This document shows, one piece after another, positions 18,702 through 28,243 of a stretch of 64,000 nt of DNA (position 1 is the first letter of the stretch; the number at the start of each line of letters is the position of its first letter). The translations under genes were made by a program, and so were the position numbers. The stretch is from Frankiaceae bacterium (GTDB taxonomy: Bacteria > Actinomycetota > Actinomycetes > Mycobacteriales > SCTD01). The stretch lies in assembly GCA_016650445.1 (NCBI GenBank), contig JAENVS010000042.1:14327-78326 (forward strand), read 5' to 3'. The notes under the pieces were generated by a model. It did no database searches and was not told the origin of the DNA. It saw nothing but the letters and a program-made list of their open reading frames with translations.

Positions 18702-21700
18702 TCACAGCAGGCAGCCGGTGCCGAGCAGGGCTTTGAGGTCGGCGAACAGGGCGGGGCTGGCAGCCACCCGCAGCTTGTCGTCGAGGCGCACCAGTGTCGT
18801 CTTCTCGCCGTTGACCAGCTGCAGGTGCACCTCCGTCGTACCGGGGTGGCTGGCGAGCACCTCCTTGAAGCGCTCGACGACCGGCGGGGTGCACCGCGGG
18901 GTCGGCAGCGAGACGACGACCGGACCGCGCGGCCCGATCGACAGGTCCGGGATGATCAGCTCGTTGGCGATGATCTTCGGGATGTCCTCGCGCTTGTCGA
19001 TGCGGCCACGCACCAGGACGACGGCGTCCTCGACGAGGTGCACAGCCGCGAGCTGGTACGACGCCGGGAAGAACAGCACTTCGACCGAGCCCTCGAGGTC
19101 CTCGAGCTGCACCAGCGCCCACGCGTTGCCCTGCTTGGTCATCTTGCGGGTGACGCCGGACAGGATCCCGCCGACGATGACGTTGCTGCCGTCGTCGCGG
19201 TCCTGGATGGCTGACACCGGGCAGTCGACCGCCGACGCGATGAGGTGCTCGACGCCGAACAGCGGGTGGTCGGAGACGTAGAGCCCGAGCATCTCCCGCT
19301 CGTAGGTGAGCAGGACGGTCTTCTCCCACTCCCCCATCGGGATCTTGATGTCGAAGACGCCGCCGCCCATCCCGTCGGCTGCCTCCTCCTCACCGAAGAG
19401 GTCGAACTGGCCGACCGCTTCGGCGCGCTTGGTCTCCAGGCAGGCGTCGATCGCCTCGGCGTGGATGTGCACGAGGCCCTTGCGGGTGTGGCCGAGCGAG
19501 TCGAAGGCGCCGGCCTTGCAGAGCGACTCGACCGTCTTCTTGTTGCACGCGACCGCATCGACCTTGCGCAGGAAGTCGGGGAAGTCGGCGAACCTTCCTT
19601 TGGACGTGCGGGTCGCGACGATCGACGCGACGACGTTGGTGCCGACGTTGCGGATCGCGGACAGGCCGAAGCGGATGTCGGTGCCGCGCGGGGTGAAGTC
19701 GCTGTCGGAGTCGTTGACGTCGGGCGGGAGCACCTTGATGCCCATGCGACGGCACTCGGCGAGGTAGAGAGCGCTCTTGTCCTTGTCGTCCTTGACCGAC
19801 GTGAGCAGCGCCGCCATGTACTCGGCCGGGTAGTTGGCCTTGAGGTAGCCGGTCCAGTAGCTGACCAGCCCGTAGCCGGCGGTGTGCGCGCGGTTGAAGG
19901 CGTAGTCGGAGAACGGGACGAGGATGTCCCACAGCGTCTTGATGGCGCCGTCGCTGTAGCCGTTGGCCTTCATCCCGTCACGGAACGGGATGTACTCCTT
20001 GTCGAGGATCTCCTTCTTCTTCTTGCCCATCGCGCGCCGGAGCAGGTCGGCGGCACCGAGCGTGTAGCCCGCCAGGTGCTGGGCGATCGCCATGACCTGC
20101 TCCTGGTAGACGATCAGCCCGTAGGTGTCGCCCAGGATCTCGGCCAGCGGGGCCTCGAGCTCGGGGTGGATCGCCACGACCGGCTTACGGCCGGTCTTGC
20201 GGTCGGCGTAGTCGTTGTGCGCGTTGGCGCCCATCGGACCCGGTCGGTAGAGCGCGAGCACGGCCGAGATGGACTCGAACGAGTCGGGCTGCATGGAGCG
20301 CAGCAGCGAGCGCATCGGGCCGCCGTCGAGCTGGAACACGCCGAGGGTGTCGCCGCGGGCGAGCAGCTGGTAGGTCGCCGTGTCGTCGAGCGACAGCGTC
20401 TCCAGCACCACGGTCTCGCCGCGGTTGGCCTCGATGTGCTTGAGGCAGTCGTCGAGGACGGTGAGGTTGCGCAGGCCGAGGAAGTCCATCTTCAGCAGCC
20501 CGAGCGACTCGCAGGCGCCCATGTCGAACTGCGTGATGATCGCGCCGTCCTGCTCGCGGCGGTGGATCGGGATGACGTCCATCAGCGGCTCGCGGCACAG
20601 GATCACCCCGGCCGCGTGCACACCCCACTGCCGCTTCAGGCCCTCGAGGCCGCGGGCGGTGTCGACAACGGCTTTCGCGTCGGGGTCGGACTCGTAGAGC
20701 GCGCGGAACTCGCCCGCTTCGCCGTACCTCTTGTGGGTGGGGTCGAAGATCCCCGACAGCGGGATGTCCTTGCCCATCACCGGCGCAGGCAGCGCCTTGG
20801 TGATCTTGTCGCCCATCGCGAACGGGTAGCCGAGGACGCGGCTGGAGTCCTTGATCGCCTGCTTGGCCTTGATGGTGCCGTAGGTGATGATCTGGCTGAC
20901 CCGCTCCTCGCCGTACTTCTGCGTGGCGTAGCGGATCATGTCGCCGCGCCGGCGCTCGTCGAAGTCGAGGTCGATGTCGGGCATCGAGACGCGCTCGGGG
21001 TTGAGGAAGCGCTCGAAGAGCAGCTTGTGCTCGATCGGGTCGAGGTCGGTGATGCGCAGCGCGTAGGCGACGACGGACCCGGCTGCCGAGCCGCGGCCCG
21101 GTCCGACGCGGATGCCGTTCTCCTTCGCGTGCCGGCACAGGTCGGCGGTCACCAGGAAGTAGCCCGGGAACCCCATGTTGCAGATGACGTCGACCTCGTA
21201 GTCGGCCTGCACCCGGTGCGTCTCGGGCGTACCGCCCGGGAACCGGTGCGCGAGGCCGGCATGCACCTGCTCGCGCAGGAAGGTCTCCTCCGTGTAGCCG
21301 GCCGGAACGTCGACCCGCGGCATCAGGTCGCGACCTTCCTGGAAGGTCATCTCGCACCGCTCGGCGATGCGCAGCGTGTTGTCGCAGGCCTCGGGGAACT
21401 CCGACCACAGCGTCCGCATCTCCTGCGGCGACTTGAGGTAGAAGTCGTGGGCGTCGAGCTTGAACCGACCGGGGTCGGCCATCGTCTTGCCCGACTGCAC
21501 GCACAGCAGCACCTCGTGCGCCTTGGCGTCCTCGGCGTTGGTGTAGTGCAGGTCGTTGGTCGCGACGAACGGCAGGTCGAGGTCGCGAGCGAGCCGGATC
21601 AGGTCCTTCTGGACCCGGCGCTCGATCGCGATGCCGTGGTCCATCAGCTCGCAGTAGAAGTTCTGCGCGCCGAAGATGTCGCGGAACTCGCCCGTCGAGC

Positions 21701-22214
21701 GCTTCGCCGCCTCGTAGTTGCCCATCCGCAGGTAGGTCTGGATCTCGCCGGAGGGGCAGCCGGTCGTCGCGATCATGTCGAGGTCGGGACGGACGTGCTC
21801 GGCGAGCAGCTCCTTGTCCATCCGGGGCTTGTAGTAGAAGCCCTCGAGACTCGCGAGCGACGACAGCCGGAAGAGCCGGTGCATCCCCTCGGTGCTCGTC
21901 GCGAGCATCGTCATGTGCGTGTAGGCGCCGCCGCCCGAGACGTCGTCCTCACCACCGTCGCCCCAACGCACGCGCGACTTGTCGAACCGGCTGCCGGGGG
22001 CCACGTAGGACTCAATCCCGACGATGGGCTTGACCCCGTGGGCCTGCGCCTTCTTCCAGAAGTCGTAGGCGCCGAACACGTTGCCGTGGTCGGTCATCGC
22101 CAGCGCCGGCATGCCCATCTCGGCCGTCTTGGCGAACAGGTCGTCCAGGCGCGCGGCGCCGTCGAGCATGGAGTACTCGGTGTGCACGTGCAGGTGCACG
22201 AACGAGTCGCTCAC
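18702..22214 (-). CDS. dnaE: DNA polymerase III alpha subunit
   Basis: 1170 aa. N-terminal PHP domain (FVHLHVHTEYSMLDGA), polymerase core and OB fold. GTG start with GGAGA upstream. Confidence 0.97.
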   Translation of the reverse strand: MSDSFVHLHVHTEYSMLDGAARLDDLFAKTAEMGMPALAMTDHGNVFGAYDFWKKAQAHGVKPIVGIESYVAPGSRFDKSRVRWGDGGEDDVSGGGAYTHMTMLATSTEGMHRLFRLSSLASLEGFYYKPRMDKELLAEHVRPDLDMIATTGCPSGEIQTYLRMGNYEAAKRSTGEFRDIFGAQNFYCELMDHGIAIERRVQKDLIRLARDLDLPFVATNDLHYTNAEDAKAHEVLLCVQSGKTMADPGRFKLDAHDFYLKSPQEMRTLWSEFPEACDNTLRIAERCEMTFQEGRDLMPRVDVPAGYTEETFLREQVHAGLAHRFPGGTPETHRVQADYEVDVICNMGFPGYFLVTADLCRHAKENGIRVGPGRGSAAGSVVAYALRITDLDPIEHKLLFERFLNPERVSMPDIDLDFDERRRGDMIRYATQKYGEERVSQIITYGTIKAKQAIKDSSRVLGYPFAMGDKITKALPAPVMGKDIPLSGIFDPTHKRYGEAGEFRALYESDPDAKAVVDTARGLEGLKRQWGVHAAGVILCREPLMDVIPIHRREQDGAIITQFDMGACESLGLLKMDFLGLRNLTVLDDCLKHIEANRGETVVLETLSLDDTATYQLLARGDTLGVFQLDGGPMRSLLRSMQPDSFESISAVLALYRPGPMGANAHNDYADRKTGRKPVVAIHPELEAPLAEILGDTYGLIVYQEQVMAIAQHLAGYTLGAADLLRRAMGKKKKEILDKEYIPFRDGMKANGYSDGAIKTLWDILVPFSDYAFNRAHTAGYGLVSYWTGYLKANYPAEYMAALLTSVKDDKDKSALYLAECRRMGIKVLPPDVNDSDSDFTPRGTDIRFGLSAIRNVGTNVVASIVATRTSKGRFADFPDFLRKVDAVACNKKTVESLCKAGAFDSLGHTRKGLVHIHAEAIDACLETKRAEAVGQFDLFGEEEAADGMGGGVFDIKIPMGEWEKTVLLTYEREMLGLYVSDHPLFGVEHLIASAVDCPVSAIQDRDDGSNVIVGGILSGVTRKMTKQGNAWALVQLEDLEGSVEVLFFPASYQLAAVHLVEDAVVLVRGRIDKREDIPKIIANELIIPDLSIGPRGPVVVSLPTPRCTPPVVERFKEVLASHPGTTEVHLQLVNGEKTTLVRLDDKLRVAASPALFADLKALLGTGCLL

Positions 22215-22348
22215 GAGGTGTTGTCTCCTACGGGTACGCCGGGACTGGCTGCGTACGGTCCGAGGGGAAGACGGGCCGTGCTGTGCAGGGTCTCGACTCT
22301 GCCACGAGGATCCGACATCCCGGGGCAGGACGCGCCTACGGTTGCCCG

Positions 22349-23002
22349 ATGCGTCCGTACCGGTGGCTGGGGTGGTTCGCGGTCGCGGTGATCGTCGGGC
22401 ACCACGTCGGGACGATCTTCGGGCCGCTCGGCGAGCTCGGCCTGCGCACGGAGTGGGCCGACTGGATCGACCTGCTGGTGCCGTACGTCGTGGTGGGCAC
22501 GGCCCTGGCCGCCCTGGCCGCCGCCGGCGCGGACCGGCGGGCCTGGCTGCTCGCCGCCGTCGGGGCGATCGGGTACGTCGAGGGCCACGGCATCCACCTG
22601 TCCTCGAACAGCATCGGCAACGCCCGCGGCAACGCCCAGCCGGTCCACCTCTGGGACGAGGTCGTGGGCCACTACGTCTGGTACGCCGGGCTCTTCCTGC
22701 TGGTCGCGGCCCTGGCCCGGGTCCTGGCGGCCCGGCCCCGCCCCGGCCCGCCCGGCTGGCCGCTCGCCGTGCTCTTCGGGCTGACGGCGGCGACCAACGG
22801 CATCGAGGGCGGTACGCCGTACTTCACCCTCGCGGCCTCGCTCGCCTTCCTCGGCTACGGGTGGCGGCACCGGCGGACGTGCGGCGCGCTGCTGCTCACG
22901 GCGTACGGCACCGCGGCGGTGCTCCTGCTCGGCTGGGGCCTCTACTGGGCCCTGGCCGACGGCCGCTCGTTCCCCCAGTTCAGCGAGCTCGGCTGGATCT
23001 AG
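22349..23002 (+). CDS. Integral membrane protein, unknown function
   Basis: Trimmed to the ATG at 22349 (MRPYRWLGWFAVAVIV). About six TM segments and His-rich loops (EGHGIHLSSN). Confidence 0.55.
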   Translation: MRPYRWLGWFAVAVIVGHHVGTIFGPLGELGLRTEWADWIDLLVPYVVVGTALAALAAAGADRRAWLLAAVGAIGYVEGHGIHLSSNSIGNARGNAQPVHLWDEVVGHYVWYAGLFLLVAALARVLAARPRPGPPGWPLAVLFGLTAATNGIEGGTPYFTLAASLAFLGYGWRHRRTCGALLLTAYGTAAVLLLGWGLYWALADGRSFPQFSELGWI

Positions 23003-23050
23003 AGGTATCCGGCTCGCTGCGTCGAACCCTGCGCCGACCTGGGGGGACGT

Positions 23051-24931
23051 ATGCGCACGCGCGCGCTCTGCACACTGATGGCCGTCGGCCTGCTGGCGTC
23101 GACGACCACGGCGCTCGCGCATCCCGGTGCGGCACTGCCGCGAGCCGAGGGTCGCGAGCGCACCATGGCGGCTGCAGCGGCGGACCTCGTCCGGGCCGGC
23201 GTGCCACGGGACCGCCTGATCGCGGCCGGCCTCCTCCGCGCCGACGAAAGTGGCAGCTCCTCGGTCATTGTCGTCTTCGGGCCGGACGGCGGCTCGGCGA
23301 TCGCGCCGGTCGGCGACCTCGACGGCAACCGGACGAAGGACGTCCTGGAGACGCGGTACGTCAGCGGCAGCCAGCCGACAAACCTCGGCATGTACGCCCG
23401 CGACGGCGGCACCGGCCGGCTGCTCTGGCAGCGGGCGTTCCGCATCCCCAGGAACCACTTTCTGTTCGCCCTGCCGCTGCGGACCGGCAGCGGCGGGCAG
23501 CCCGGTGTGCTGCTCTGCGACCTGGCCTTCGTTCACAAGAGCGCCGAGGACAACGCCCAAGTCACCGAGACCTCGATCCGGCTGGTCGGCCTCGACGGCC
23601 GCGGACGGCAGCTGTGGACCCACACGGAGTCGGGAACCACGTCATGGGGTGGCGGGGGCATGACGCTCAAGCACGCGCCCGGCATGGCGGGAATCTTCAC
23701 CGGCGGGGAGCGGCGTCCGGACTCCGTGCTGCTGAGCATCGCCGACGGCTATCGGCCCGGGTCCAGCGATGGGGGGGAACGTCCGCGCGGGACGGTTCAG
23801 CCGATCGCCCTGGACGCGAGAACCGGCAAGGCGAGGGCCCTGGGTGCGGCCGCCTCGAGCGATGACGCCTTCCCGAGCGTGCAGGTGGTGTCGGACGGGT
23901 CAGGCGACGGCCGCGCCGACCTCGCCCTGATCGCGCCGGGCGCGAAGCCGCGGCTGGAGATCCGCAGGGAGACCGACGCGAATCCCGTCTGGGTCACCAC
24001 CGCGGTCGCGCTCCGCGACGGGGCGTACGTGCACAGCGCCGGGCGGTTGACCGGCGCGAAGGTCGGCGGCGCCGCCGTACCCGATCTGGCGGTGGTGACC
24101 GAGCCCGCGCCGCCGACCTCGACCGACGAGATCGCGGCGGCCCTGCCGGTGAGCGTTCTCCCCGCCCCCTCGAACGAGGGCACCGTGTCACTGCTGTCGG
24201 GCGCCGACGGGGCGGTCGTGTGGTCCAAGCCGGGCGACGGCGTCTACACCGTCGAGCGCGCAGGGCCCCAGCTGGTCCCGGCGCTGGGCGTGACCACGAC
24301 CGATGCGAGATCCGACAAAGAGAAGACAACCACGACGCTGACGGTGACGACGTACGACGCCAAGGGGACCGCGGTGTACACCGTCACCCGGTCGGCCTCG
24401 ACCCCGACCTCGCCCGACGCCGCGGCCTGGGACGGCGTCGCCTGGGTGACCGAGGCAGGGCACCTCAGCGGCACCTCGGCAGTGGACGGCGTCGCCGTCC
24501 TCATCGTCATCTCGGGCGACAGCTTCGAGTTCGAGCAGGTCGTGTTCGCGGGGCGCACCGGCAAGAACCTTCCCAACGCGCACGACCAGCCGCTGTGGGC
24601 GAGCACGACCGGCCACGGCGATGACCTCGCATCGACCACCGTGAAGGACGGGATCACCGTGACCGTTCGGCGCGGCTCCGACGGTGCGCTGCGGTTCCGG
24701 CGGACGCTGCCGGGAACGGAGGGCTACGCCGCAGCGGAGGCGTACGGCGCCCTGCTGCAGCCGGGCCGCTGCGCGGACGTGCTCGTCAACGCGTCCGGCA
24801 GCGACGGGCGACGGCTCAGCGCCGTGCTTGCGAGCAACGGCCAGCTGCGCTGGATACTGACGCACACGGACAAGGACCTGCGGCCCGGCACGGTTCGACG
24901 GGCACCCGCGCCTCATCCGCGCTGCGCCTAG
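23051..24931 (+). CDS. Secreted repeat protein (FG-GAP/beta-propeller-like), unknown function
   Basis: 626 aa. Signal peptide MRTRALCTLMAVGLLASTTTALA. Recurrent Asp/Gly loops (GDLDGNRTKDV, SDGSGDGRADLAL, VPDLAVV, GHGDDLA) resemble FG-GAP blades. Confidence 0.6.
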   Translation: MRTRALCTLMAVGLLASTTTALAHPGAALPRAEGRERTMAAAAADLVRAGVPRDRLIAAGLLRADESGSSSVIVVFGPDGGSAIAPVGDLDGNRTKDVLETRYVSGSQPTNLGMYARDGGTGRLLWQRAFRIPRNHFLFALPLRTGSGGQPGVLLCDLAFVHKSAEDNAQVTETSIRLVGLDGRGRQLWTHTESGTTSWGGGGMTLKHAPGMAGIFTGGERRPDSVLLSIADGYRPGSSDGGERPRGTVQPIALDARTGKARALGAAASSDDAFPSVQVVSDGSGDGRADLALIAPGAKPRLEIRRETDANPVWVTTAVALRDGAYVHSAGRLTGAKVGGAAVPDLAVVTEPAPPTSTDEIAAALPVSVLPAPSNEGTVSLLSGADGAVVWSKPGDGVYTVERAGPQLVPALGVTTTDARSDKEKTTTTLTVTTYDAKGTAVYTVTRSASTPTSPDAAAWDGVAWVTEAGHLSGTSAVDGVAVLIVISGDSFEFEQVVFAGRTGKNLPNAHDQPLWASTTGHGDDLASTTVKDGITVTVRRGSDGALRFRRTLPGTEGYAAAEAYGALLQPGRCADVLVNASGSDGRRLSAVLASNGQLRWILTHTDKDLRPGTVRRAPAPHPRCA

Positions 24932-24941
24932 CGGAACCGGC

Positions 24942-25748
24942 CTAGCGGGCGGGTTCGTCGCCGAGGGCGGCGGGTCTGTCGGTGGCAGCCCACTGGGACC
25001 ACGAGCCGGGGTAGAGCCGCCCCGGCGGCAGGCCGAGGTGCTCGGCGACCAGCAGGGTGTGGCAGGCGGTCACGCCGGAGCCGCACATCGACACCCAGCC
25101 TGGCGCCACGCCGGCTGCCAGCAGCCGGGCCCGGAGCGCGGGGACAGGCAGCGCGATTCCGTGCTCGTCGGAGCTCTCGCGCACCGGCAGACTCCGTGCG
25201 CCGGGGATGTGGCCGGGTCGCGGGTCGAGCGTCTCGTTCCCGCCGCGGAAGCGGTCGGCGGGGCGCCCGTCGAGCAGCGGCACCCCGTCAAGGTCGTCGA
25301 TCCCGGCGAGCCGGTCGGCGGGCCAAGGGCGCGCCGTGAAGACCGCCGGCTGCCGGGTGGAAACGTTCTGCTCGCGGCGGCCGCGCCACGCCGTGATGCC
25401 GCCGTCGAGCAGCCCCGCGGCATGACCGGTCACCCGGAGCATCCAGACCAGTCGGGCAGCGATGACGCCGCTGTCGTCGTCGTAGACGACCACGACATCG
25501 TCGTCGCCGATCCCCGCCTCGCGCATGCCTTCGGCGAAGACCTCCGGATTCGGCAGCGGATGGCGGCCGTCCTCCGGGCTCGGCGGCGCGGCCAGGTGCC
25601 GGTCGAGGTCGACGAAGACGGCGCCGGGCAGGTGAGCGTTGAGGTAGACGTCGCGCCCGGACGAGCCATCGGCGTACCAGCGCACGTCGACGACGACCGC
25701 TTCGGGATGGTCCGACAGCCAGCCGGCGTCGACGATCGGTGCGACCAC
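24942..25748 (-). CDS. Rhodanese-family sulfurtransferase (thiosulfate/3-mercaptopyruvate type)
   Basis: 268 aa with two rhodanese domains. Active-site loop is CGSGVTA. Confidence 0.85.
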   Translation of the reverse strand: MVAPIVDAGWLSDHPEAVVVDVRWYADGSSGRDVYLNAHLPGAVFVDLDRHLAAPPSPEDGRHPLPNPEVFAEGMREAGIGDDDVVVVYDDDSGVIAARLVWMLRVTGHAAGLLDGGITAWRGRREQNVSTRQPAVFTARPWPADRLAGIDDLDGVPLLDGRPADRFRGGNETLDPRPGHIPGARSLPVRESSDEHGIALPVPALRARLLAAGVAPGWVSMCGSGVTACHTLLVAEHLGLPPGRLYPGSWSQWAATDRPAALGDEPAR

Positions 25749-25766
25749 CTCAGGCCTCGAGCGCGT

Positions 25767-26714
25767 TCACGCGCCGTTGTTCTGGGTCGGCTGGATCGGC
25801 TTCATGACAGTCACCTTGTGCTCGGGCAGCAGCGGCTTGATCTGCAGGGTGTCGGGCTCCCCCGCACCGATGTCGACCGCGCGCACGGCGGGCAGCGACG
25901 GCAGCGCCGCCAGGTCGCGCGCCTTGCCGCGCACGAGCGCCGCGAACAGGCACGCGCAGCTCTTCCCGTAGGCGGCGGCCTCCTTCGCTGCCGTCCGCGC
26001 GGCCTCGGTGTAGAAGGCCTTGAACTGCACCTCCTCCTTCGTCGTCCCCGTGATCGACGTGGCGAGGTTGACGAACTCCTGGCGGTCGCGCAGCTTGCGC
26101 TTGGAGATCTCGGCGAACGTCACGCCGACGTCCTCGACCAGCGCTGACGTGACCGGGATCGGGAGGACCTCGGCCGCCGGCAGCTGCACGTGCGCGAGAA
26201 CGCGCGTGACGTGCAGGTCGCCCAGCAGCCGGCGCGCCTGCTCGGCCGTCTGGTAGCTCGTGAAGCTCACCAGCGCGGTGTAGACGCCGTCGGGTGACCC
26301 GGTCGACAGCAGCACAGCCCGCTTGCGGGTCGCCGCGATGTAGGCCGCCACCTTCGTGCCGGGATCGGGACCCAGGCTCGTCGGGATGAGCGCGTCGGGA
26401 CTGCTCTCCTTGCTGGCGGCGTTGCGCTGCCCGGACCGCTCGAGGGCGATGCCGGAGCCGGCCACGAACACCGCGGCGATGAGCAGCAGCCCGAGCTGCG
26501 GGACGTCCCGCAGCAGGGCGAGCGGCCCGCGCGCGGCGTAGCGGTCGTCGAGCCGGCGAAGGGGTGACGTCGCCGACGGAGCGAGTACGCCGGCGGCGAG
26601 CTCCCGGGCCCCGTCCACCGCCCTCGACCGCCGCTCTGCCGCCGCGTCGAGGAATCTGCGAAGGCGAACAGCCATCCGCGGGACGAAGCGCTCGTCGAGC
26701 TCGTCGAGCTTCAC
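25767..26714 (-). CDS. Single-pass membrane protein, unknown function
   Basis: Start set at the GTG at 26714, which overlaps the rluD stop (GTGA). One TM segment ([18 protein letters not shown]) is followed by a soluble domain of about 220 aa. The start is uncertain. Confidence 0.5.
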   Translation of the reverse strand: MKLDELDERFVPRMAVRLRRFLDAAAERRSRAVDGARELAAGVLAPSATSPLRRLDDRYAARGPLALLRDVPQLGLLLIAAVFVAGSGIALERSGQRNAASKESSPDALIPTSLGPDPGTKVAAYIAATRKRAVLLSTGSPDGVYTALVSFTSYQTAEQARRLLGDLHVTRVLAHVQLPAAEVLPIPVTSALVEDVGVTFAEISKRKLRDRQEFVNLATSITGTTKEEVQFKAFYTEAARTAAKEAAAYGKSCACLFAALVRGKARDLAALPSLPAVRAVDIGAGEPDTLQIKPLLPEHKVTVMKPIQPTQNNGA

Positions 26715-27640
26715 GACATGTCCGCGATGCGGTCGAGGGCGCGCTGCAGGTCCGGCGCATAGGGACTGGCGAACTCCACCCATCTCCCGTCGGACGGGTG
26801 CGCGAAGCCCAGTCGCACGGCGTGCAGCCACTGCCGCTCGAGGCCGAGCTTCTTCGACAGCGTCGGGTCGGCGCCGTACGTCACGTCACCGACGCACGGA
26901 TGCTTCAGCGCGGCCATGTGGACGCGGATCTGATGGGTGCGGCCCGTCTCGAGGTGGATGTCGAGCAGCGTCGCGTGCCGGAACGCCTCGATCGTCTCGT
27001 AGTGCGTGACGCTGTCGCGCCCGCCGGCGACCACCGCGAACTTGTACGCCGACGTCGGGTGCCGGTCGATGGGGGCGTCGACGGTGCCGGTCATCGGGTC
27101 GGGGTGCCCCTGCACGAGCCCGTGGTAGCGCTTGTCGACCGTCCGCTGCCGGAACGCGTCCTTCAGCACGGTGTAGGCGTGCTCGCTCTTCGCGACGACC
27201 ATGACCCCGCTGGTCCCGACATCGAGGCGGTGCACCACGCCCTGTCGCTCCTCGGCGCCGCTGGTGCTGACGCGATGCCCGGCCGCGGCGAGTCCGCCGA
27301 TGACGGTCGGCCCCTCCCAGCCCGGGCTCGGGTGGGCGGCCACGCCGACCGGCTTGTCGACGACGAGGACGTCATCGTCCTCGTACAGCACGTGCAGGCC
27401 CTCGACGACCTCGACCGGGGCGCTCGGCGCCTGCTCCGGGCTGGGCAGCTCGACGTCGAGCGTCTCGCCCGCGCTGACCCGGTCGCTCTTGGCCGCCGGC
27501 CGGCCGTCCAGGCTCGCCCCGCCGCCGGTGACGATCTGCGCGGCCGCCGTACGGCTCAGGCCGAAGAGCCGGCTGATCGCAGCGTCCAGCCGCAGCCCGT
27601 CGAGCCCCTCGGGCACGGGGACGGTGCGGTGCGCGGTCAC
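26711..27640 (-). CDS. rluD: 23S rRNA pseudouridine synthase, RluD/RluA family
   Basis: 309 aa. N-terminal S4-like region and catalytic HRLDVGTSG motif. Confidence 0.88.
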   Translation of the reverse strand: MTAHRTVPVPEGLDGLRLDAAISRLFGLSRTAAAQIVTGGGASLDGRPAAKSDRVSAGETLDVELPSPEQAPSAPVEVVEGLHVLYEDDDVLVVDKPVGVAAHPSPGWEGPTVIGGLAAAGHRVSTSGAEERQGVVHRLDVGTSGVMVVAKSEHAYTVLKDAFRQRTVDKRYHGLVQGHPDPMTGTVDAPIDRHPTSAYKFAVVAGGRDSVTHYETIEAFRHATLLDIHLETGRTHQIRVHMAALKHPCVGDVTYGADPTLSKKLGLERQWLHAVRLGFAHPSDGRWVEFASPYAPDLQRALDRIADMS

Positions 27641-27667
27641 GCCGTCACACTCATGCTCACGGGTCCA

Positions 27668-28243
27668 TCATGCGTGATCGGGCGGCGTTCCCGGATCGGT
27701 CGGCGTTCGCGGCCCGGGCGCCTTGCGCGTCCCGTCGAGCTCGATGCCGCGCATCGAGAGCAGTACGGCGAGCAGGCCGCCGACGACGATGGCGCTGTCG
27801 GCGACGTTGAAGACCGGCCAGACCCGGAAGTCAATGAAGTCGACGACGGCGCCGCGACCCGGCCCGGGTGAGCGGAAGAGGCGGTCGGCCAGGTTGCCGG
27901 TCGCGCCGCCCAGGAGCAGCCCGAGGCTCGCGGCCCACGCGGGGCTGCCCAGGCGCCTCGCCGTGCGCACGATCACGACGATGACGGCGACCGCCACCGC
28001 GGTGAACAGGACCGTCGCCCCCTGGGCGAAGGAGAACGCCGCGCCGGTGTTGCGGCTCACGGCCAGCAGCAGCACGCCGCCGAGCAGCCGGATCGGCTCG
28101 CGGTGCTCCAGGTGCTCGACCACGAGGTACTTGGTCAGCAGGTCCAGCCCGAGGACGGCGACGGCGACCGCCGCCAGGAGTCCGGTGGTGCGCCGCGGGG
28201 CTGGCGTCAGCGGCGTTCTTCGCGCTGCTTGCACGCGACGCAC
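27668..28243 (-). CDS. lspA: Lipoprotein signal peptidase (signal peptidase II)
   Basis: 191 aa with four TM segments and the motifs GNLADR and FNVADSAI. Confidence 0.88.
   Translation of the reverse strand: MRRVQAARRTPLTPAPRRTTGLLAAVAVAVLGLDLLTKYLVVEHLEHREPIRLLGGVLLLAVSRNTGAAFSFAQGATVLFTAVAVAVIVVIVRTARRLGSPAWAASLGLLLGGATGNLADRLFRSPGPGRGAVVDFIDFRVWPVFNVADSAIVVGGLLAVLLSMRGIELDGTRKAPGPRTPTDPGTPPDHA

Noticed and set aside
19245-22391. 1048-aa plus-strand ORF opposite dnaE
   Set aside because: It is antisense to an unambiguous dnaE. It shows no domain signatures and has shadow-frame composition.
22211-23623. 470-aa minus-strand ORF opposite the membrane protein and secreted protein genes
   Set aside because: It is antisense to two plus-strand ORFs that have clear TM and signal-peptide features. 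It has low-complexity composition.
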